64,000 bases of DNA from an uncultured Bdellovibrio sp. Its GTDB lineage: Bacteria; Bdellovibrionota; Bdellovibrionia; Bdellovibrionales; Bdellovibrionaceae. The stretch spans positions 1 to 64,000 of the forward strand of contig CAWVRN010000002.1 of NCBI GenBank assembly GCA_963932905.1. Direction: 5' to 3'. The notes beneath the pieces are model-generated. The model did no database searches and was not told the DNA's origin. It was given only the letters and a program-made list of their open reading frames with translations. Positions 1 to 9,999 of the stretch are shown here, in pieces (the stretch's first letter is position 1; every line of letters starts with the position of its first letter). Made by a program: the position numbers and the translations under genes.

Positions 1-7
1 TCACAAG

Positions 8-55
8 TGGTACACTATCAGGAAATCGCCTGGTACAAATCGCGGAAATTCGGCA
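8..55. mobile_element. Probable terminus of an IS21-family insertion sequence (body outside the window to the left)
   Basis: Two direct repeats TGGTACA-N6-GGAAAT (8-26, 31-49), then TCGGCA ending in CA at 54-55. Similarity to the paralog at 2784-4031 starts immediately afterwards. Confidence 0.45.
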
Positions 56-56
56 C

Positions 57-674
57 TTTACTTCCTATAACTTGGAAGGCTTTGATAAATTGGCGTCTAT
101 TGATCCAGAAGGTAAATTTAGCGCTAAGCAAAGCTACCAATATCTAGTAGATGTAAATTCGAATATCTTTACTTTAAGACAAAAGAATTTATTGCGTGAA
201 ACTATTTCGATCGGATCTGATTTCTCTGAATCTGCGAAGTACGCGATTAAATATCAGAAAGAATTGTGCCCAAAAGGTCCACAAACAACTCGTCAACGTG
301 TTGGCTACTTATTTCATGATGGTATTTGCGTAGTTTCAGATACAGAAACGGATCGAAGTTTGAAAATGTTAGAACAAATACTTTCTGGTCCCGTAAAAAC
401 GGCACTGGTTAATCGTCAAGGGCAACGTGTAGAAACAAACGTAGATTTTTTAAGCTGGTTTAGAAATCCAACTGTAGACTTAAAAACTATTGGACCAGCA
501 GAGTTTGATTCATGCGGACGCGTTTCCAAACTAGGAGATAAAACTTTTGGTGGTATCTTTAAAGATAAAAACGCCGAAGATTTTATGTTGGAACCCGTTG
601 CCGGTAGCCCATTTTGTTCGAGGCCTCTGGGTTTGATTTCGCCAGAGTTTTATTCTAATTCGGTAGAGCAGTAG
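57..674 (+). pseudogene. 3' part of a secreted lipoprotein gene, paralog of 2784-4031; 5' part missing or interrupted
   Basis: FTSYNLEG..YQKELCPKG..QRVGYLFHDGICV..WFRNP..FDSCG..GGIF aligns with YTAYSFEG..YQNQLCPKG..QRKGYLFHKGICV..WYKNP..FNSCG..GGVF. No signal peptide in the window. Confidence 0.6.
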
Positions 675-686
675 GAAACAATCACG

Positions 687-1061
687 GTGGGAATTTTCCT
701 GAAAACTCTTTCTTTAATATCACTGGTTATAGGCTCGGTTGCCTATGGTCAGGCACAGATGGAATCATCTATCTCTAACTTTGAACTGGATTCATGCAAT
801 TCAAAAGTGGGTAAGTGTATTTCTGTTCGTGCAGAAAAAGCTGAGAGTGGTTCAACGACGCCAAACATGCTTCTAAAAAACGTTTCAGTTACGATTAAGA
901 ATACGAAAACACAAAAACAAGACGTTTACCAAAAAGCGACAGGATTTTACGATATTAAAAACCAGCGCATTATCATTTCAGAATTCACCAAGAACAAAGT
1001 ATTGAAAGAAACTGTATTTCTAATTGGTGAAATGAATGTGCGTAATATGGAGATGAAGTAA
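687..1061 (+). CDS. Hypothetical secreted protein
   Basis: 124-aa ORF with signal-peptide-like N-terminus; stop overlaps the next start. Confidence 0.7.
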   Translation: MGIFLKTLSLISLVIGSVAYGQAQMESSISNFELDSCNSKVGKCISVRAEKAESGSTTPNMLLKNVSVTIKNTKTQKQDVYQKATGFYDIKNQRIIISEFTKNKVLKETVFLIGEMNVRNMEMK

Positions 1062-1828
1062 TGAAAAAATGGATTTTTTTACTACTTGTTTTCTTGGCCG
1101 CCTGTGGCGGTAACCGTGAAACGGTTCAAGTTACGGAAACGCAATCACCGCGAACACCGACGGGTCCAACTAGTGAAGCCGGCGGAGCTGATGTCGGTGG
1201 AGGTAATGCAATCCAAGGTAGAATGATCGAAGAGTATCAGGTCGATGTTACAGAGATTCTTGAATACCAAGAAGGTATATTGCCCATTTTAAAAACTCTT
1301 CAGGTTCAATTTCCAGATTTGGCTGCGGATTTTTTGCATATCGCTCATGCGCGTAAATGGTATATCGTTCCAGTTGATTTAAAAACTTTAGATGCTTTGA
1401 AAATCGGCATTCCGTTAGAAATTCAAACTGAGCAAGTGGCTCTTCATACTCCAGAAAAGATCTTTATCGATCGTCGACGTTGGGAGGTCATGAGTTCAGC
1501 TTCAAAGGCGTATTTGATTCTGCACGAGATTATTATGGGTATTAAATGGATCGAGAAGCACGAAGGACTAGATCGTTGTTTAGCACGATCTAGGAAGATC
1601 TTGGTGTTGAACGAGTTTGTTGAGAACGAAAATTATAAAGACGAAATACGATCGTGTTACAAAACGTATCCGAAGTATTACGTGATTGCTACGAAATTTA
1701 AATTTACTCCGGACGATTACGAAAGCATTCGCGGTTTGGTGACTCGTTTAGGTAAAGATTTAGCGACGACCGATTGGGAAGAACTGAAGCTTTGGTTTAA
1801 CTCGCGCGATTTTCGAAAATACGATTAG
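1061..1828 (+). CDS. Hypothetical lipoprotein
   Basis: Lipobox LAAC; GGADVGGGN motif; LILHE motif. Confidence 0.75.
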   Translation: MKKWIFLLLVFLAACGGNRETVQVTETQSPRTPTGPTSEAGGADVGGGNAIQGRMIEEYQVDVTEILEYQEGILPILKTLQVQFPDLAADFLHIAHARKWYIVPVDLKTLDALKIGIPLEIQTEQVALHTPEKIFIDRRRWEVMSSASKAYLILHEIIMGIKWIEKHEGLDRCLARSRKILVLNEFVENENYKDEIRSCYKTYPKYYVIATKFKFTPDDYESIRGLVTRLGKDLATTDWEELKLWFNSRDFRKYD

Positions 1829-2640
1829 AATTCAAAAAAATCTATATTCATACAGCGTACCGTTTCTGAAGGAGACGGTGCAACTTCTGTAAGGATGTTC
1901 TGCACAAGTTGCGGTAGTTCCTGTCTAATTTTCTCAGCTAACGATTCTGAAAGCACCATTGGAACTGTCGCAAAGAAGTTTTTCTCTTCTGGCAGAGTCA
2001 TATGTTGATAACTGCGCACACGCCAATTTAAATGATGTCGTGAAACCATTGGAGAGCCCGCAGTTAAATGAGTAATCGCCGGTCCCATTTTTAGTTTACC
2101 TTTATCGCGTCGGCAAAGATTTGTTTCCATCAGGAACTGTATGACTTTAATAATTTGATTTTTAGGAACATTCAGGCGTTGTGAGATTTCGTCTGCATCG
2201 TTGTAAGATTCGATATCTGATAAAAGGCGCGTGGCTTGGTAGATCCAGCTAGAATAGTAAATGCCTTTATCCGTTTCACTTAGTTCTATGTCCTTTTTAA
2301 TTTTTGATTCAAGTTTGGCCGACTTTTCTTGAGATTTTTTGATCTGTCTTTCTAGTTTTGCTCGTAGCTTAAAACTGCCGGCCTTTTGAAATTCAACTAA
2401 CAATAGAAAGTAGTCTGTTTCGTCTTCGTTCAAGCCGAGATAATCACAAAGGTCCGCTGCCATTTCTAAGCTCAGGTGTTTCTCCGCCTTAAAAACTTGG
2501 CTGACCATCGTAGTTGAGAGGCTCAAAGCTTGAGCTACCCTACGGTATTCCCCATAGCCTTGCTTTGGTTGTAAATCGACCCAGGCGTTGAAGTACTTTT
2601 TATAATCATTAAAAGTGAACACTGTGAAGGTCTTGGACAT
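1825..2640 (-). CDS. TIGR02147/DUF4423-family putative HTH regulator
   Basis: N-terminal HTH-like YRRVAQALSLSTTMVSQVFKAEKHLS; YYSSWIY; HHLNWR; ends CMNIDFFEF. Confidence 0.8.
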   Translation of the reverse strand: MSKTFTVFTFNDYKKYFNAWVDLQPKQGYGEYRRVAQALSLSTTMVSQVFKAEKHLSLEMAADLCDYLGLNEDETDYFLLLVEFQKAGSFKLRAKLERQIKKSQEKSAKLESKIKKDIELSETDKGIYYSSWIYQATRLLSDIESYNDADEISQRLNVPKNQIIKVIQFLMETNLCRRDKGKLKMGPAITHLTAGSPMVSRHHLNWRVRSYQHMTLPEEKNFFATVPMVLSESLAEKIRQELPQLVQNILTEVAPSPSETVRCMNIDFFEF

Positions 2641-2641
2641 A

Positions 2642-2695
2642 GGTAAATATTACCGAGAGTTTACCATTTAGTAAATATCTTTGTTAACTATTTAC
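2642..2695. promoter_or_regulatory. Divergent promoter/operator with GTAAA/TTTAC inverted repeats
   Basis: GGTAAataTTACC (2642-2654), TTTAC-N6-GTAAA (2660-2675), GTAAATA-N11-TATTTAC (2671-2695). Minus strand reads TTTACT-N17-TAATAT-N6-ATG. Confidence 0.5.
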
Positions 2696-2783
2696 AAATG
2701 GAATCTATAAGAACCAGCCGGGTTTCTGTAAATTCATTTATGCGAAGGACGCAAAAAAATAACCAAATAGAAAGGATAGAACA

Positions 2784-4031
2784 ATGAGAACACAAATTTT
2801 AAAAGCACTAGTAGTCGTAGGTCTAGTAACCCAAATCGCTTGTGAGAATAGCAAATCGAAAGGCCTAGATACGGGTTCAAAAAAGCAAGTCTTCATCAAT
2901 TCAGCAATGTCATCAGCTGATCTAATTGAAGCCGGCGAACAATTAATTACACCGACTCAGTTCATGGTGGCTGACAAAGTGTTTGATATGGCATTGGAAC
3001 AAGATCCAAATAATTTTAAAGCATTATTCTACAAACAATTCTTGAAAAGTTTTATGGTTAACAAAGGCATCCTGACTCGCGTGAAACCGTTAATTGCAAA
3101 GCATGGCAATTTAAGCGAATACGAAAAATCAATAAAAGCAATGCCAGATACCCCGGCTTCGCGATTTTTACTTGATGGCAAAGAAGATATTTCTAAAATA
3201 AAAGACGTACAAACTTACCTTTCTGACTATCAATCAGCATTGAACGATTTCAGAAAATTTCTTATTGAAAATCAAGATAAGCAACTGTCTATCGAGATTA
3301 GCTCAGCGTATTTAGAAAATCTTTTTAAGGATACTGACTCGTATGAATGTGTGCCAGTATCTGCTTCGGGGCAAAATTTATATCAATATGAATGCGACGT
3401 AACTAATATTACCAAACGCAAATTAACAACACCTGATTTTATGGCAATTAGACAGTCATTGGCTGGCATGATCTTCTTTATGAATTTTTATACCGCTTAT
3501 AGTTTTGAAGGCATTGAAATTTTGAAGACTTTAGATATCAAAGAAGGTGCAGCTCCAGCAGAAGTTTTAAACATAGTTAGCGAAAAATTGCCTGAATTCG
3601 GCAAATTACGTAGCCAAAATTTGTTGAAAGAAACTTTAAATTTAGGCTCTGATTTAGTATCGGCTGGTCGTTGGGCAGTTCAATATCAAAACCAACTATG
3701 CCCAAAAGGTACGGAAGTGAATCAACAACGTAAAGGTTACTTATTCCATAAAGGTATTTGTGTTAAAAATGCGGATGAAACGCTACGTGGCCTAGCAATG
3801 TTAGAACAAGTTATGAGCTCGACAATCAAAGTTAAACTAGGTGAGAAAAGCGAAGAATTCGAAATGGATTACCTGGCTTGGTATAAAAATCCAGTTCAAG
3901 ATTTGCTAGCGCTAGCACCTAAATCATTCAACTCTTGCGGACAAGCAACGGCATTAAAGGACAACTCACTTGGCGGCGTGTTTGTAAATAATGACGCTGA
4001 TAAACTATTAGTGCAAAGCAACTGTCCTTAA
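2784..4031 (+). CDS. Hypothetical lipoprotein with a TPR-like helix pair
   Basis: AAGGA RBS; lipobox QIAC; TPR-like FDMALEQDPNNFKALFY; several Cys. Confidence 0.8.
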   Translation: MRTQILKALVVVGLVTQIACENSKSKGLDTGSKKQVFINSAMSSADLIEAGEQLITPTQFMVADKVFDMALEQDPNNFKALFYKQFLKSFMVNKGILTRVKPLIAKHGNLSEYEKSIKAMPDTPASRFLLDGKEDISKIKDVQTYLSDYQSALNDFRKFLIENQDKQLSIEISSAYLENLFKDTDSYECVPVSASGQNLYQYECDVTNITKRKLTTPDFMAIRQSLAGMIFFMNFYTAYSFEGIEILKTLDIKEGAAPAEVLNIVSEKLPEFGKLRSQNLLKETLNLGSDLVSAGRWAVQYQNQLCPKGTEVNQQRKGYLFHKGICVKNADETLRGLAMLEQVMSSTIKVKLGEKSEEFEMDYLAWYKNPVQDLLALAPKSFNSCGQATALKDNSLGGVFVNNDADKLLVQSNCP

Positions 4032-4061
4032 TTCTAAATAAGAGAATGACTGCATAAATAT

Positions 4062-4094
4062 AAAACCCAAGGCTTAAAAACCTTGGTTTTTTTT
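4062..4094 (+). terminator. Intrinsic terminator
   Basis: CCAAGG/CCTTGG stem followed by a T8 tract. Confidence 0.7.
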
Positions 4095-4101
4095 GCATCG
4101 G

Positions 4102-4180
4102 AAAGAGGGTACCTCCTAACATTCTGGTACCCGGCGCGTTAGACGCTGCGGGTACCAGAATGTTAGGAGGTACCCTCTTT
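4102..4180. repeat. Perfect 32-bp inverted repeat (REP/REPIN-like)
   Basis: AAAGAGGGTACCTCCTAACATTCTGGTACCCG (4102-4133) and its exact reverse complement (4149-4180), 15-nt spacer. Confidence 0.9.
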
Positions 4181-4182
4181 TT

Positions 4183-6963
4183 TTAATGGCGTTGGGTTTG
4201 GGTTGTTTTTGGCCACAGGTCTTGCCATTGGGTTTCTGGCTGGTCGGACATGCCCAGTTGACCCAATGTTTGTTTTGAGACCATTACTTTTTCTAGAGCC
4301 GTTTCGCTTAATACTTTACCAGCGGCTTCAACAACTGAGTCAGCATCAATGCCGTGGAAGTGGTAAATCTCTTCAGGGCGGCCGCATTTTGAATGTTTGC
4401 GAACAGCACATGATTCCTGTTTTGTTCCCACGATTGAACCCAAATTGTCTAGCAAGCCTGGTTCACCGTCGTGAACTGATACTATTGGAACGCGATTCCC
4501 AGCAACCAGAACTAGGTCACTTGTGGACAGTTCACCTTTAGTGTTGATGTAAAGGTTTGAATTAATGCCTAGTTCGTTTTTCAAATAGTGGTAATTGTTT
4601 TCATGAGCTTGTTGCCCGCACAATAAATCAGAAGAAGTCACCATGATCACGTTTGCATAGATACCTTTAGACAACAACACTTCTGAAGCCTTGATAGCTT
4701 CAGTGCCCATTGCGCCCATCGCAAAAATGTTAACTACGTTTTCACCCGGGTTGTAGCCCGCGTAACCTTGGTAGTTAATTAAGTAGTACGCGCCTTTTAG
4801 CACTTCCTGACGGATAGTTTCCATCATATCAGTTTCAGCGATCGTTTCTACGTGGTCTTCAGCTGTTGCATTTTCAAGTGGGTATTCAGAACGGCACAAG
4901 CTGCCCTGAGTAACTTTGAAACGTGCTTGTTTTTTCAAGTACGTCACGAAATCTTTTTGTTCCACACCACGAGTAACACCGCGGATAAGAACGCCATTAC
5001 GGCCTTCGTTGTCGTTAGTAACATGACGGCGAACAGATTCACAAAGAATCCAATCTAATTCTTGACAGAAGAATGGCTCCCACGTGATTTGATTTGGAAT
5101 TTGGAAATCTGATTTCCATCCATGCTGCGCGCCTTCAGGAGATAACGTTACGCCGGATGGAGTCCCAACCAAGATGAAACTACTTTTCCAATAAAGATTG
5201 TAGAAGTACTGATCCATCGCACGTTTGATGAAGAAGTCATATACTGTCATCAAAGGCAATATTGGAATACCCAGAGTGTCGCGCATTCTGCCGAATGAAC
5301 CCACGCAGCTCATAACGTTTCCTTCTGCGATTTCAAAACGTAAATAACGATCTGTAACTTCTTCACCGGGAACTAAATCAGGGAGTTTATTGTCTTTAAC
5401 ACCAAGTTCAGTTTCTACGTCAGTCACCACGGGCGCACCGAAAATTTTACCATCCATCGCTGGATTTAGATTTGTGCTGGTTCCTACGTCCGGTGCCATC
5501 GAAATCAATAACTCACCTGGAACTTTCCATGGTTTTTCAGCCGCCGTTAATGGTTTTTCTTTAGCATCCAGCGCAGTATTTGAAATACGAGTTAATTTTG
5601 CAGTTAACTGACCCAGCATCCACTGCGTATGAGGGTAGCTAGTCATTTTTGTATTTATCTCAAGCGACACGGGTAATGGACCATGAGCACCGATTTGTCT
5701 TTCAAACGAAGCTTGGTTTTTAGCTTTGAGTTCATGCTGAGCTATAATTTGTTTTAATAGTTCATCACCGCGATTTTTAAGGAATTTACCTTCCGCTGTA
5801 TTTTCATCAAATCGAGCAAACAAAGTCGAACCAGTGATGCCTTGTTTTTTGCGTAACTCTTCAACTTCATCTTCGTTCGGTAGGGCACTGTGGTTACCAG
5901 GTGCCGCCGCCATTTTCAATCCCCAGCCTTTTAAAGTATGGGCAATAATGATAGTTGGCTTACGCGTGCTTTTTTTTGATGTCAGCATGGCTTCAGCTAA
6001 CATATGCATATCGTGACCACCGAAGTCGCGAATAGCTTGGTAAAGATCTTCATCCGTTACAGAATCCAAAAATTTCTTCATTTGAGGATGCTCTTTAGAA
6101 ATACCTTTCTTTAATGCTTTCATGTCTTTTACAAGAAGCAATGCCTGCAATTCGTAGTCTTCTAATTCTTCTTCGATGAATTTTTTAAATTGATCACCGC
6201 CAGGTTTAGCGAACATTTCTTTGCGTTTAGAACCGTGACGGACTTGGATTACTTCCCAGCCATTTGCTGCCATTGTTCTTTCGATACGATCTGCATCGGT
6301 TCCATCCATGATTTTCATGTTGGAAATCCGATGACCATCTAAAGATTGTCGATTGTAGTCTACGATCCAAGTCAGGTTACCAATTTCACGTTCTGCAAAA
6401 TCTGGAACGGCTTCATACATGCTGCCTTCGCGGAATTCAGAATCGCCCGTTAACGCCCAGAAGTGAGCGTCAGGGACTTCGTAGTTGTGTTCGCGTGCGT
6501 ATCTGTATGCAAGAGCCATGTAACCCGCTTGAACTGGTGGAATACCAACCGTACCCGACGGGAAGAAATTGTGATTGTCTGAATCGTAAGTCGAGTGATA
6601 AGATTGAAATACCGGTTCACCATTTTGAGAGTACTTACGTAGGCCCATCATTGCGGTGTTTGCCTCTTCAAGAGATAAACGAGAAAGATCTTTGTTTAAA
6701 AATAAATCCATCAAGTAGTTGTAGGAATGATCAGTGGGGGAGGCGTGCGGTTTGTTCGCAATGTGATCAAATCCTGTTTTAACAACTAAGTGCAAAGCGC
6801 CCATGATATGAAGTGCACTGGCAGAAGCTGATGCGTGACCACCAATTTTAGGATCGCCCTTGGCTTTGTCCGTGCGATGATTCGCTTGATAAATCATCTG
6901 AGTTGCTAAATAGTGCGCTCGGGTCGCAATCGTTTCTATGGTTTTTCTGTCTGGTAGTTTCAT
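4183..6963 (-). CDS. aceE: Pyruvate dehydrogenase E1 component (homodimeric AceE type)
   Basis: GGHASASAS; ThDP motif GDSEFREG...NRQSLD; HTLKGWG; TLSPEGAQH. Confidence 0.85.
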   Translation of the reverse strand: MKLPDRKTIETIATRAHYLATQMIYQANHRTDKAKGDPKIGGHASASASALHIMGALHLVVKTGFDHIANKPHASPTDHSYNYLMDLFLNKDLSRLSLEEANTAMMGLRKYSQNGEPVFQSYHSTYDSDNHNFFPSGTVGIPPVQAGYMALAYRYAREHNYEVPDAHFWALTGDSEFREGSMYEAVPDFAEREIGNLTWIVDYNRQSLDGHRISNMKIMDGTDADRIERTMAANGWEVIQVRHGSKRKEMFAKPGGDQFKKFIEEELEDYELQALLLVKDMKALKKGISKEHPQMKKFLDSVTDEDLYQAIRDFGGHDMHMLAEAMLTSKKSTRKPTIIIAHTLKGWGLKMAAAPGNHSALPNEDEVEELRKKQGITGSTLFARFDENTAEGKFLKNRGDELLKQIIAQHELKAKNQASFERQIGAHGPLPVSLEINTKMTSYPHTQWMLGQLTAKLTRISNTALDAKEKPLTAAEKPWKVPGELLISMAPDVGTSTNLNPAMDGKIFGAPVVTDVETELGVKDNKLPDLVPGEEVTDRYLRFEIAEGNVMSCVGSFGRMRDTLGIPILPLMTVYDFFIKRAMDQYFYNLYWKSSFILVGTPSGVTLSPEGAQHGWKSDFQIPNQITWEPFFCQELDWILCESVRRHVTNDNEGRNGVLIRGVTRGVEQKDFVTYLKKQARFKVTQGSLCRSEYPLENATAEDHVETIAETDMMETIRQEVLKGAYYLINYQGYAGYNPGENVVNIFAMGAMGTEAIKASEVLLSKGIYANVIMVTSSDLLCGQQAHENNYHYLKNELGINSNLYINTKGELSTSDLVLVAGNRVPIVSVHDGEPGLLDNLGSIVGTKQESCAVRKHSKCGRPEEIYHFHGIDADSVVEAAGKVLSETALEKVMVSKQTLGQLGMSDQPETQWQDLWPKTTQTQRH

Positions 6964-7254
6964 ACTTTCACACCTTATTGAGTAGTTAGATAAGTGCTCA
7001 AAATGATTAAGCTTTAGATCATTAAATATATCGGAATATGTTTAAAGGAGCTTAGCGGAAAGGGCAAGTCAAAACTGAGTTTTTGTTCTATTACTGACTA
7101 GTCCCGTAAATCTTTTTAATCGCTTTTAACGGATCCTATTTAGAGCCAACCATTGTATCTCTTTGGCTGTGTAACAAATTAATTTTTCCGACCCTATCTT
7201 TGTTTTTAAAAAACCACTCATCGGCTTTTTCAAAAGTGAGTCCTAAATTTTATT

Positions 7255-8124
7255 CTACGATTCTAGAATAAAATCCCAGCGGATTTTTACAGTTCCATCT
7301 GGATCAATGATGCCTTTTGGCGGATTTGGAAACGGTGCTGCTGACCGGAATGACTCAATGGCGGCCTCATCTAAATCTTTAACACCAGAATCACTGACTA
7401 ATTGAACATTCACAAGAACGCCTTGCTGGTTCAAAATGATAAGTAATTTCGTGGTACGATCTTGCTCGGAAGCAATTGTGCGACCTTGGCGGAACATTTT
7501 AGTCAGCTTGTCGCGTACCTTTGGTTCCCAGTGCTGTGATAGCTGTTTACGGATACGGTTGAAGTAGGTGTAGTATTTAAATTCTTTTGTGCTTAGAATG
7601 GTTTCAACCCCAATACTTTTATCTTTTAAATAATCTTGAGTTTGACTGGCTGTCGCTGCGCTTGACGGTGCACCGCTAGCCATTGTGGTGAAACTTTTTT
7701 CGCGAAAACTAGCTGACATATCAGACATTGGATTGAATTTTTCAGGACGATGAGTTTCATGTTGTTCTGATTTAGCTTGTTGTTGTTGTGCTACGGGTTT
7801 GTTTTCAGCTGATTTTTTTGCTTTTGTATTTTTAAACTCACCTTTGTCTTTTGCGACGGTCTGTTTCAACACTTTTTGATTATTTTTACTTAAATAGTAA
7901 TCGTCATCGGGAGTTTCTTTATTAAGTGCATTGTCATCTTGATCCACGATCTGACGATTTTTTTCTAATTTGTCATCGGATTTTTTGTTTTTCTCTGGCG
8001 GATTGATATAAGAAACCTCAATCGTTTCCTTTTTCGGTTTTATTTCTGGAGTGAAATACACAGAAAAGTAAAACGCGATGTGGATAACTACGGAAATCAG
8101 TAAAAAGAGTGAAAAACGATGCAT
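7255..8124 (-). CDS. TonB-family energy transducer
   Basis: N-terminal TM ISVVIH; C-terminal SSG-like SDSGVKDLDEAAIESFRSAAPFPNPP. Start moved to ATG 8124 (MHRF). Confidence 0.8.
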   Translation of the reverse strand: MHRFSLFLLISVVIHIAFYFSVYFTPEIKPKKETIEVSYINPPEKNKKSDDKLEKNRQIVDQDDNALNKETPDDDYYLSKNNQKVLKQTVAKDKGEFKNTKAKKSAENKPVAQQQQAKSEQHETHRPEKFNPMSDMSASFREKSFTTMASGAPSSAATASQTQDYLKDKSIGVETILSTKEFKYYTYFNRIRKQLSQHWEPKVRDKLTKMFRQGRTIASEQDRTTKLLIILNQQGVLVNVQLVSDSGVKDLDEAAIESFRSAAPFPNPPKGIIDPDGTVKIRWDFILES

Positions 8125-8259
8125 AATTCTACATCGGCAGAAATCTGGCCGAAATTTAGATGATTTTTTTTTACGCAACTCGATCAAAGTTGTGCAAAAT
8201 GAGCTAGATCGGGAAATCGCGTATTTGACTGAATTCCGCATCACGTGCAGAATAAATTG

Positions 8260-8982
8260 ATGAAGTTTGATGCGTGGGTTCTTTCGGATAAAGGACGAAG
8301 ACGTGATTCCAATCAGGACTCTGTTTTAGTTAATCCCGAAGTGGGCTTATTTATAGTTGCGGACGGTATGGGCGGCCACTCTGGCGGAGAAGTGGCGTCG
8401 TCATTAGCCGTTTCTGCCGCAGAAGAAGTTTTCAAGGATCCAGAATCAAAAAACCGCGCGCCGCGCGAGATGATAGCTCGAGCGTATGAGCAAGCGTCTC
8501 ATCAGATTTACGATAAAGCCGCTAAGGAAAACCCAGAATTGGCCGGAATGGGCACGACCATGGTCATGTGTTACATTCGTAAAAATCACATTTATATAGG
8601 TAATGTTGGCGATTCGCGATGTTATCTGTTTAAGAAGCCTCATTTGTGGCAAGTAACAGAAGACCACTCTTTAATTAATGAGCAAATTCGTGCAGGCGTA
8701 TTGTCGGAACAGCAAGCGTCACAGTTGATTGGTCGTAACGTGATAACTCGAAGTGTGGGTTATGAGCGGGAAGTCGATCCTGATATTTTTGAGCGCGAAA
8801 TTTTCTCGGGAGAAACATACTTACTGTGTTCAGACGGTTTATCAAGTTTGGTTGGCGATGCTAGAATTTCTGAAATCATGGAACAAAATGCGCCGGTAGA
8901 TGCATTGAAAGCTTGTGTTGAAGAAGCACTGAAAAACGGCGGCGATGATAATGTCAGCGTCTTGATCCTTCACTTCGAATAG
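8260..8982 (+). CDS. PP2C-type Ser/Thr phosphatase (Stp1/IreP family)
   Basis: NQDS, VADGMGGH, MGTT, GNVGDSR, LLCSDGL, GGDDN. Confidence 0.92.
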   Translation: MKFDAWVLSDKGRRRDSNQDSVLVNPEVGLFIVADGMGGHSGGEVASSLAVSAAEEVFKDPESKNRAPREMIARAYEQASHQIYDKAAKENPELAGMGTTMVMCYIRKNHIYIGNVGDSRCYLFKKPHLWQVTEDHSLINEQIRAGVLSEQQASQLIGRNVITRSVGYEREVDPDIFEREIFSGETYLLCSDGLSSLVGDARISEIMEQNAPVDALKACVEEALKNGGDDNVSVLILHFE

Positions 8983-8991
8983 GGAATTCAC

Positions 8992-9999
8992 TTGAGTAAG
9001 AAAAGTTTCACATTTTTTGTCATTTCAAATACGGACGGGCAAACCAACAAGTTTGTTTTGTCGGGTACGCGACTAAAAATGGTGGCACTGGTTGCATCGG
9101 TTGTGTTGCTGATTTTGCTTACGGGAATTATTGATTATTTTGGCCTTTTAGTTCAAGCCATTGAAAATAGAAAATTAAAAGCTGAAAATGCTCAGCTTTT
9201 AAAACAGTTCCAAATCGTAGAAACAAAAGTTAGCTCGCTTGAAAACAGTTTAGAACGGGTAAAGTCCTTCACGACAAAACTAAAACTAATCACGAATGTT
9301 GATGCCGAAGATCGTATTACTAAATTAACGATGGGTAACAAGCCATCCAATGCGCCTACCTACGAAGAAGAGTACGAGCCAATGGATCAACGGGCTACGA
9401 ATCAAACACTGGTAGCGGAAGACAAGCTATTTGCTCCGGTGAAGGCAGAGAACGAAAAGCAAGGCGAATTAACTTTGCAACCGTCAGAAAAAGACTACGT
9501 TTCATTGGTAGTTAGAATTGATCGAGCTGTAAAAGAAACTCAGTTAAAAGAGCAAAGTGTTATCGAATTATGGGAAGGTCTATCGGAACGTCAAAGTTTG
9601 CTAAACGCGATTCCTAATATCAAGCCAGCCCGAGGGTGGTTAACTAGTAATTTCGGTTATCGCATGAATCCATTTACTGGAAAAAACACGATGCATGCGG
9701 GGCTAGACATCGCAGCTTCACCTGGTTCGCCGGTATATGCACCGGCAGACGGCATTGTAATCTTTGCGTCTTATGATGAAAGTTATGGTAAACTGGTCAG
9801 TATCGACCATGGTTATGGCGTAACAACACGTTTCGCACATAATTCACAAATCTATGTGCATGTTGGCCAGCGTGTGAATAAATGGGACGTTATTTCGGCA
9901 GTAGGTAATACAGGTCGATCGACAGGACCCCATCTACACTATGAAGTTCGCATCAATAGTATCCCAGTCGACCCGATCAATTTCGTACTAGACGAGTAG
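8992..9999 (+). CDS. M23-family peptidoglycan endopeptidase
   Basis: N-terminal TM and coiled coil; HAGLD and STGPHLHYEV motifs. Confidence 0.92.
   Translation: MSKKSFTFFVISNTDGQTNKFVLSGTRLKMVALVASVVLLILLTGIIDYFGLLVQAIENRKLKAENAQLLKQFQIVETKVSSLENSLERVKSFTTKLKLITNVDAEDRITKLTMGNKPSNAPTYEEEYEPMDQRATNQTLVAEDKLFAPVKAENEKQGELTLQPSEKDYVSLVVRIDRAVKETQLKEQSVIELWEGLSERQSLLNAIPNIKPARGWLTSNFGYRMNPFTGKNTMHAGLDIAASPGSPVYAPADGIVIFASYDESYGKLVSIDHGYGVTTRFAHNSQIYVHVGQRVNKWDVISAVGNTGRSTGPHLHYEVRINSIPVDPINFVLDE

Noticed and set aside
8125..8244. N-terminal extension of TonB
   Set aside because: It spans the divergent promoter region; the TM anchor begins right after Met at 8124.
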